From Haliotis cracherodii (Eukaryota), in NCBI RefSeq assembly GCF_022045235.1, contig NW_027266286.1:29512001-29576000 (forward strand): a stretch of 64,000 nucleotides of DNA, read 5' to 3'. Position 1 is the stretch's first letter, and every line of letters starts with the position of its first letter. The translations under genes and the position numbers were made by a program. Below the pieces are notes generated by a model. The model made no database searches, was not told the origin of the DNA, and saw only the letters and a program-made list of their open reading frames with translations. This document shows positions 52,646 to 61,145 of this stretch, piece after piece.

Positions 52646-53206
52646 CTCACTGCCAAAACAAACGTGAATACCATACATGTTGGTTAATATATGAAGATTT
52701 ACTCATATTCAAGAGATATTAGATTGGTTCAATGCACAAATGAACTTATTGGTATGTGTGTGAACTGATGCTCATGAACGCATCACATGTGACGTCATAG
52801 ATCCATGACTGCAGATGCACCATTTGTCTCATGCAGGATAAGCATGTAATGTTTGGAAATCACATGCATGATATCGTGATAAGAATTAAGTCACTCCATC
52901 ATAACATTTGGCTGATTGTTAGTCTGGTCATCAATTGGGACACAGGGTGGTCGGGTAGCCAAGTGGGTAAAGCGTTCGCTCATCATGCTGAAAACCAAGG
53001 TTTGATTCCCAACATGGGTACAATGTGCGAAGCCCATGTCTGGTGTCCCCCACTGTGATATTGCTAGAATATTGCTAAAAGTGGGGTAAAACCACACTCA
53101 CTCACTCACTCACTAATTGGTACACATTGGCAACCTCCCTTCTTAACGTACATACTTCTCCATATGTTTCTGTGGTATGTGTAGTTAGGTTTCTTTTGGC
53201 AGTGAG
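52646..53206. mobile_element. Tc1-type MITE containing a SINE family A insertion (52945-53114)
   Basis: TA|CTCACTGCCAAAA...TTTTGGCAGTGAG|TA; SINE TSD AATTGG(G/T)ACACA. Confidence 0.8.
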
Positions 53207-53277
53207 TATAGTATAATTTTTCATAAATTTACAACATTCACTGCAGCCCTATGCAATTATATATTTCTTTTTTTCAG

Positions 53278-53370
53278 AAATCTGGAATCTGTGATATAAT
53301 ACCAGGTGCCAAGATGGATGACTTCCTGTTTGACCCGTGTGGCTACTCAATGAATGGTCTTCTGGAAGGT
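53278..53370 (+). CDS. AMD1: AMD1 exon 9: [31 protein letters not shown]
   Basis: Acceptor tttttttcag, donor GGT|GTAAGT, 93 nt; [15 protein letters not shown] motif. Confidence 0.96.
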
Positions 53371-56300
53371 GTAAGTACTACCGACTTGACCTGATCTTAT
53401 AGAGGCTACACTGCCCTTGTGTAAGTACTACTGACTTGACCTGATGTTATAGAGGCTACACTGCCCTTGTGTAAGTACTACTGACTTGACCTGATCTTAT
53501 AGAGGCTACACTGGTCTTGTGTAAGTACTACCGACTTGACCTGATCTTATAGAGGCTACACTGCCCTTGTGTAAGTACTACTGACTTGACCTGATCTTAT
53601 AGAGGCTACACTGGGCTTGTGTAAGTACTACTGACTCTACCTGATCTTATAGAGGCTACACTGCCCTTGTGTAAGTACTACTGACTTGACCTGATCTTAT
53701 AGAGGCTACACTGCCCTTGTGTAAGTACTACCGACTTGACCTGATCTTATAGAGGCTACACTGGTCTTGTGTAAGTACTACTGACTTGACCTGATCTTAT
53801 AGAGGCTACACTGGTCTTGTGTAAGTACTACTGACTTGACCTGATGGTATAGAGGCTACACTGGGCTTGTGTAAGTACTACCGACTTGACCTGATCTTAT
53901 AAGGGCTACACTGGTCTTGTGTAAGTAATACTGACTTGACCTGATCTTATAGAGGCTACACTGGTCTTGTGTAAGTACTACTGACTTGACCTGATGGTAT
54001 AGAGGCTACACTGCCCTTGTGTAAGTACTACCGACTTGACCTGATCTTATAGAGGCTACACTGGTCTTGTGTAAGTACTACTGACTTGACCTGATCTTAT
54101 AGAGGCTACACTGGTCTTGTGTAAGTACTACCGACTTGACCTGATCTTATAGAGGCTACACTGGTCTTGTGTAAGTACTACCGACTTGACCTGATCTTAT
54201 AGAGGCTACACTGGTCTTGTGTATGTACTACCGACTTGACCTGATCTTATAGAGGCTACACTGGGCTTGTGTAAGTACTACCGACTTGACCTGATCTTAT
54301 AGAGGCTACACTGGTCTTGTGTATGTACTACCGACTTGACCTGATCTTATAGAGGCTACACTGCCCTTGTGTAAGTACTACCGACTTGACCTGATCTTAT
54401 AGAGGCTACACTGGGCTTGTGTAAGTACTACCGACTTGACCTGATCTTATAGAGGCTACACTGGGCTTGTGTAAGTACTACCGACTTGACCTGATCTTAT
54501 AAAGGCTACACTGGGCTTGTGTAAGTACTACTGACTTGACCTGATCTTATAGAGGCTACACTGCCCTTGTGTAAGTACTACCGACTTGACCTGATCTTAT
54601 AGAGGCTACACTGCCCTTGTGTAAGTACTACCGACTTGACCTGATCTTATAGAGGCTACACTGCCCTTGTGTAAGTACTACCGACTTGACCTGATCTTAT
54701 AGAGGCTACACTGGGCTTGTGTAAGTACTACCGACTTGACCTGATCTTATAGAGGCTACACTGCCCTTGTGTAAGTACTACTGACTTGACCTGATCTTAT
54801 AGAGGCTACACTGGGCTTGTGTAAGTACTACCGATTTGACCTGATCTTATAAAGGCTACACTGGGCTTGTGTAAGTACTACTGACTTGACCTGATCTTAT
54901 AGAGGCTACACTGCCCTTGTGTAAGTACTACCGACTTGACCTGATCTTATAGAGGCTACACTGGGCTTGTGTAAGTACTACCGACTTGACCTGATGGTAT
55001 AGAGGCTACACTGCCCTTGTGTAAGTACTACCGACTTGACCTGATCTTATAGAGGCTACACTGGTCTTGTGTAAGTACTACCGACTTGACCTGATGGTAT
55101 AGAGGCTACACTGCCCTTGTGTAAGTACTACCGACTTGACCTGATGGTATAGAGGCTACACTGCCCTTGTGTAAGTACTACCGACTTGACCTGATCTTAT
55201 AGAGGCTAAACTGGGCTTGTGTAAGTACTACTGACTTGACCTGATCTTATAGAGGCTACACTGCCCTTGTGTAAGTACTACCGACTTGACCTGATCTTAT
55301 AGAGGCTACACTGGGCTTGTGTAAGTACTACCGACTTGACCTGATCTTATAGAGGCTACACTGGGCTTGTGTAAGTACTACCGACTTGACCTGATCTTAT
55401 AAAGGCTACACTGGGCTTGTGTAAGTACTACTGACTTGACCTGATCTTATAGAGGCTACACTGCCCTTGTGTAAGTACTACCGACTTGACCTGATCTTAT
55501 AGAGGCTACACTGCCCTTGTGTAAGTACTACCGACTTGACCTGATCTTATAGAGGCTACACTGGGCTTGTGTAAGTACTACCGACTTGACCTGATCTTAT
55601 AGAGGCTACACTGCCCTTGTGTAAGTACTACCGACTTGACCTGATCTTATAGAGGCTACACTGGGCTTGTGTAAGTACTACCGACTTGACCTGATCTTAT
55701 AGAGGCTACACTGGGCTAGTGTAAGTACTACCGATTTGACCTGATCTTATAGAGGCTACACTGGGCTTGTGTAAGTACTACTGACTTGACCTGATCTTAT
55801 AGAGGCTACACTGCCCTTGTGTAAGTACTACCGACTTGACCTGATCTTATAGAGGCTACACTGGGCTTGTGTAAGTACTACCGACTTGACCTGATGGTAT
55901 AGAGGCTACACTGCCCTTGTGTAAGTACTACCGACTTGACCTGATCTTATAGAGGCTACACTGGTCTTGTGTAAGTACTACCGACTTGACCTGATGGTAT
56001 AGAGGCTACACTGCCCTTGTGTAAGTACTACCGACTTGACCTGATCTTATAGAGGCTAAACTGGGCTTGTGTAAGTACTACTGACTTGACCTGATCTTAT
56101 AGAGGCTACACTGCCCTTGTGTAAGTACTACCGACTTGACCTGATCTTATAGAGGCTACACTGGGCTTGTGTAAGTACTACTGACTTGACCTGATCTTAT
56201 AGAGGCTACACTGGGCTTGTGTAAGTACTACCGACTTAACCTGATCTTATAGAGGCTACACTGGCCTTGTGTAAGTACTACTGACTCTACCTGATCTTAT

Positions 56301-57695
56301 AGAGGCTACACTGCCCTTGTGTAAGTACTACCGACTTGACCTGATCTTATAGAGGCTACACTGGGCTTGTGTAAGTACTACCGACTTGACCTGATGGTAT
56401 AGAGGCTACACTGCCCTTGTGTAAGTACTACCGACTTGACCTGATGGTATAGAGGCTACACTGCCCTTGTGTAAGTACTACCGACTTGACCTGATGGTAT
56501 AGAGGCTACACTGCCCTTGTGTAAGTACTACCGACTTGACCTGATGGTATAGAGGCTACACTGGGCTTGTGCTAGTACAATTGACTTGACCTGATCTTAT
56601 AGAGGCTACACTGGTCTTGTGTAAGTACTACTGACTTGACCTGATGGTATAGAGGCTACACTGGTCTTGTGTAAGTACTACTGACTTGACCTGATGGTAT
56701 AGAGGCTACACTGGTCTTGTGTAAGTACTACTAACTTGACCTGAAGTTATTGAGGCTACACTGCCCTTGTGTAAGTACAACTGACTTGACCTGAAGTTAT
56801 TGAGGCTACACTGGTCTTGTGTAAGTACTACTGACTTGACCTGATGGTATAGAGGCTACACTGCCCTTGTGTAAGTACTACTGACTTGACCTGAAGTTAT
56901 TGAGGCTACACTGGGCTTGTGTAAGTACTACTGACTTGACCTGAAGTTATTGAGGCTACACTGGTCTTGTGTAAGTACTACTGACTTGACCTGATGGTAT
57001 AGAGGCTACACTGCCCTTGTGTAAGTACTACCGACTTGACCTGATGGTATAGAGGCTACACTGGTCTTGTGTAAGTACTACTGACTTGACCTGATCTTAT
57101 AGAGGCTACACTGCCCTTGTGTAAGTACTACCGACTTGACCTGATGGTATAGAGGCTACACTGGTCTTGTGTAAATACTACTGACTTGACCTGATCTTAT
57201 TGAGGCTACACTGGTCTTGTGTAAGTACTACTGACTTGACCTGATGGTGTAGAGGCTACACTGGTCTTGTGTAAATACTACTGACTTGACCTGATCTTAT
57301 TGAGGCTACACTGGTCTTGTGTAAGTACTACTGACTTGACCTGATCTTATAGAGGCTACGCTGGGCTTGTGTAAGTACTACCGACTTGACCTGATCTTAT
57401 AGAGGCTACACTGGGCTTGTGTAAGTACTACCGACTTGACCTGATCTTATAGAGGCTACACTGGGCTTGTGTAAGTACTACCGACTTGACCTGATCTTAT
57501 AGAGGCTACACTGGGCTTGTGTAAGTACTACTGACTTGACCTGATCTTATAGAGGCTACACTGCCCTTGTGTAAGTACTACCGACTTGACCTGATGGTAT
57601 AGAGGCTACACTGGGCTTGTGTAAGTACTACTGACTTGACCTGATCTTATAGAGGCTACACTTGGCTTGTGTAAATACTACTGACTTGACCTAAT
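53369..57695 (+). repeat. Minisatellite, exact 50-bp unit, ~86 copies, starting at the exon 9 splice donor
   Basis: Unit GTAAGTACTA(C/T)CGACTTGACCTGATCTTATAGAGGCTACACTG(CC/GT/GG)CTTGT, with CCGAC/CTGAC variants; no indels seen. Confidence 0.98.
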
Positions 57696-58574
57696 CTGAA
57701 TATTTTTTGTTGAAACTTGCTATACAGATCAGTTTCAATGTTTTGCATATAATATTTGCCTTAACGATGTTATGATCTTTCCAATTCCTCGACGTTGTAT
57801 ACACCCATGAGACTTGCACTTTAAGGTTTTAGTTATGAAACAAGTTGATATTCTATACATCATCTTAGTCGGACATTGAAGCAACAGCCACAGAATGTCC
57901 TCGGTGTGTTTTCAACAGACATTTGCAGCCAATCACTATCCAATAATATAAGATAGCTATGCTATAAATCGCAAAGAACAATGAAGAATGAAGCATAGTT
58001 TATTACACAATAAAACATTGTTCTATCATTTCTGGAGATTCGAACATGCGTTTGCAACTTGAAGACATCGTATGTTTGACAACGTTATTTTTGAAAGAGG
58101 AGTAGAGAGTTGTTCCCCATAGATGTAGCAGGGCACCAAAGATAAACGCGATGGCCAAACAATTGTATCCAAAACCAGTAGAGATACGCTTGTAGGATAA
58201 TTGGTATTGGGAGAAAAGGTACAGGTGATCAACTTGAGGATTGTGAGAAATTGAGGGAAATACCCACCTGTTGATAAAATGGGCTTGTCCGATGTCACTG
58301 AGGTCGGATTCTATTGAGGGACTCATCATTATTTAAATAGGGGTTAATATTTTTAAAGCTTGTGGATTTGATCAAAATCCTTAAAAAGGCTGCAAATAAT
58401 GCTGATATTTCATATAAGAAATAAACACTGCAGGGAGAATAAACCACTTGGGGCTGCACCCCTCATCGTTTAGTCTCCCTGCAGTGTTTTATTGTACTAT
58501 AAACACCTCCAACTTGTCATCATTTCTTAATTAAAATGTCCTCACCAACAATGTTTGACCTTTGCTCCCTACAG

Positions 58575-58649
58575 GGTTATTACATCACCATTCACGTGAC
58601 CCCTGAGCCTCACTGCAGCTATGTCAGCTTCGAGAGTAATGTGCCACAG
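58575..58649 (+). CDS. AMD1: AMD1 exon 10: GYYITIHVTPEPHCSYVSFESNVPQ
   Basis: Acceptor ccctacag, donor CAG|GTAGGA; TIHVTPE...SYVSFE motif. Confidence 0.97.
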
Positions 58650-59245
58650 GTAGGACATTCAGGAAGTACTCCGTGCAGTAACCATGGAAACTGGCACTGT
58701 GAAACTTTTTGTGAATGTGTTCTTTTCTTTCCATAATCACCAATACCCTGTACTGCATCTACAGAACACTGCTCTGCCGAACAGATTTTTTGTGAAAAGT
58801 GTCTTGAATTGCTGATATATTCTTTGTTTTATTTGCAAGGTGAAAAAATTTTCATACCAATTGGTGGAAAAATGTTACCAATTTTAACTGTTAAAGAACC
58901 AGGGTGTCATGATATCAGTTTATGTTGTATTATAAAGCTCTCGTGCAGATGTTTTCATGATGCCAAGGTCTGTTTTCAGATTAGTATAATTTGGGTAATT
59001 AGATATTAGATATTGATGATAATTTGTCTAGAAATGTTCATACATGCAGTAATGGAAGAAATTAATTCAACATCATCAGTCATTGTGTGGAAAACATTAC
59101 GCTCATAATATTTCCGGAAATATGACATTTCGTGTTTTGGAAGTATACAGATTACAATACATGTATATATATATATAGATATAGTTTTTGACGGTTGGTT
59201 AATTGTGTAGGGTTTCTGAGAAATATTGCATGGATGTATTTGCAG

Positions 59246-59326
59246 GAGACTTACCAGGACATGATCGAGAAGGTTCTCAGTGTCTTCAACCCTGGCAAGT
59301 TTCTTATGACCATATTCGCCAATAAG
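59246..59326 (+). CDS. AMD1: AMD1 exon 11: ETYQDMIEKVLSVFNPGKFLMTIFANK
   Basis: Acceptor tttgcag, donor AAG|GTAAGT; KV..VF.PGKF motif. Confidence 0.95.
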
Positions 59327-59340
59327 GTAAGTTATTGGAC

Positions 59341-59432
59341 ATCCTCCTCCTCCTCCTACTCCTCCTCCTCATCACCACCTTCATCATCACCATAATCATC
59401 ATCATAATCATCATCACAATCATCATCACATC
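59341..59432. repeat. (TCC)n-(TCA)n microsatellite in intron 11
   Basis: Direct reading. Confidence 0.9.
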
Positions 59433-59752
59433 AGACTCAATATAATAATAAGTAATGGGCTTATTGTGAATAAAATATTATAATGTCTCTCTTGAGATAC
59501 TCATTTTCAAAATGACCCAAGTCATCATTGTCTTTGCTCTGTGTGTGGAAACATCATTAGCAAGGTCATAGGTTAGGCTAGGATAAATAACTCAAATCTA
59601 TAAAGTTGGAAAATGTTAAAATTCATAGAATTAAAGGTTTTTTTACAACACAAAACCTTTAACGGATGTTGACAAATATAAACTGTTTGTTTTGATGCGC
59701 CACACAATGATGAGGAAGCCTGTGTAACTTGCTGTGCTGTGTTGTGTTGCAG

Positions 59753-59890
59753 GCCTCCCTTGCCCGGAACTCCCACCGAGACCTGGAGAAGAAGGAGCAG
59801 ATGAAGGGCTACTTAGTCCAGGACCATCAGTACTGCCGCTTCAAGAACTACAATCTCACCTACTCCTTCTTCTCCCGCCCTGTCATTTAG
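59753..59890 (+). CDS. AMD1: AMD1 exon 12 coding part: ASLARNSHRDLEKKEQMKGYLVQDHQYCRFKNYNLTYSFFSRPVI*
   Basis: Acceptor tgttgcag; the G.....Q...F..YN.....F pattern of the AdoMetDC C-terminus; TAG at 59888-59890. Confidence 0.92.
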   Translation, partial: ASLARNSHRDLEKKEQMKGYLVQDHQYCRFKNYNLTYSFFSRPVI

Positions 59891-60139
59891 GAGAGAACGT
59901 GCAGGGGTCCCACCAGGCGCAGCGTTGTTGCTGATGCTGCACCTGGAACCTTGGTTTGTGTCTGCAAACCCACGGGACCTGACTGCACACGTCGTAGTTT
60001 CCTTCCCTTCATAGACTTTTGCCTCTCTATTGCTTTTGTACATATTGTGTTCGTTGTGCGTGTGTTTGTATGGAACTCTCGAAAGAACAGAAAGAAGCAC
60101 AAGATTTTGTGCGGGTACATCACCCGTACACCCAGATAA
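59891..60139 (+). other. 82-codon in-frame open tail after the AMD1 stop (candidate readthrough extension)
   Basis: No in-frame stop until TAA at 60137-60139. The ORF-track entry 59951..60139 is in the AMD1 frame. Translation is not demonstrated. Confidence 0.5.
59899..59988 (+). promoter_or_regulatory. Predicted three-way-junction RNA structure 8 nt after the stop codon
   Basis: Hand pairing: GTGCAG/CTGCAC, GGGTCCC/GGGACCT, CCAGGCGCAGCGTT/GATGCTGCACCTGG and GGTTTG/CAAACC. Confidence 0.6.
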
Positions 60140-60353
60140 AGTTTGCATGCGGATTCTGACTGAGCTAATCCAGGTCACCGCGTGATCATGCATGCATGCA
60201 TGCGCTAATCGTTCTCCGGGACGATGCAAGGCAGTCAGCAGTGTTTGTACCTGCCTCATGCCCCAACACATACGTGTAGACTCTCACAGCACTTACTCAG
60301 GAGACCTGGTCAGAGGTGGCATTGGAGAGGGGTTTTTTTTATTAAAAAGTGCA

Positions 60354-60359
60354 AATAAA
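60354..60359 (+). promoter_or_regulatory. Candidate AMD1 polyadenylation signal AATAAA
   Basis: First AATAAA I found after the stop and tail (ATTAAA also at 60341); usage unknown. Confidence 0.3.
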
Positions 60360-60829
60360 TGGAGGTTCATCCCCAAACTGCATAGATTTCCGTTATGGTT
60401 ACAGTAGATTACATAGCATGATACAAAAATCATGAAACATGATTCAATATATATATTCTTCAAAATTTTGTTAATCCAACAATTTATCAATTCTGAATTT
60501 TATAAAAGTTACTGTAAGTAGCAAAATTTTACATGCAATTCTGAATTCTGTTTTCTTATATTTAACTACTAAGTAAAGTAGTTTTTGGAAAAACTTGTTT
60601 CCACAGGCGTAGTGATTGCATGGCACACATCAGTGATAAAACTGTTCCTAATACACAACATTATTCCTCCTGTCCAGGTCTCCCAAGAGTACAAGCGCTC
60701 TCTGTTCTTCCGAGGGTGTCATCTCACCTCTGTGTGCTTGGTGTAGGGTTGTATTGAAAACTTGGAATGTTGCTTCTGTGATGGAATACAGTGAGACCCT
60801 GCTAATTCGGAAACCGTGCCTTTTCCACA

Positions 60830-61145
60830 CGACAGAAAAAATGTGTTGCCATTTTGATTGACTAGTTAATGATCAATTGATCTGGATCGAGAAGTCTTGC
60901 CTTTTCTCCAATAATTAACAGAAGAAATATTTCGCTATTTTGATTGACTCTTTAATGGTTAAATCCGAATCTGGAAGTCTTGCCTTTTGTGCAAAAATGA
61001 ACAGGAAAAATATGTTGCTATTTATATTGATTCATTCACGATGAAATCCATTTCTGGAAATCTTGACTTTCACGCACGTTTGAACAAGAAAAATATGTTG
61101 CTATTTTGATTGACTCATAAATGATGAAATCTGGATCGGGGTCTT
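60830..61145. repeat. Degenerate ~85-bp tandem repeat, 4 copies
   Basis: Recurring AAAAATATGTTGCTATTTTGATTGACT...GAAGTCTTGCCTTTT. Confidence 0.7.

Larger units (their letters stand above)
21987..59890 (+). other. AMD1: AMD1 gene span (S-adenosylmethionine decarboxylase proenzyme), 12 coding exons, 328 aa
   Basis: Exons of 104+87+127+75+28+43+55+81+93+75+81+138 = 987 nt join in frame. Hallmark AdoMetDC motifs are all present: [62 protein letters not shown] and FNPGKF. Confidence 0.97.

Noticed and set aside
53369-57695. CRISPR-like appearance of the regular arrays (also 2504-4016, 6744-8160 and 26393-27615)
   Set aside because: Head-to-tail units without unique spacers, no cas genes, eukaryotic context.
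59734-59934. ORF-track 66-aa ORF over exon 12
   Set aside because: An alternative frame of the real exon; the AMD1-like frame starts at 59753.
59888-59988. Selenocysteine recoding / SECIS element
   Set aside because: The stop is UAG, not UGA, and the fold lacks a SECIS-type AUGA/GA core with apical AA.
58560-60400. METTL16-type UACAGAGAA SAM-sensing motif as in MAT2A/sams
   Set aside because: I did not see the nonamer at the AMD1 acceptors or in the proximal 3'UTR (manual scan only).
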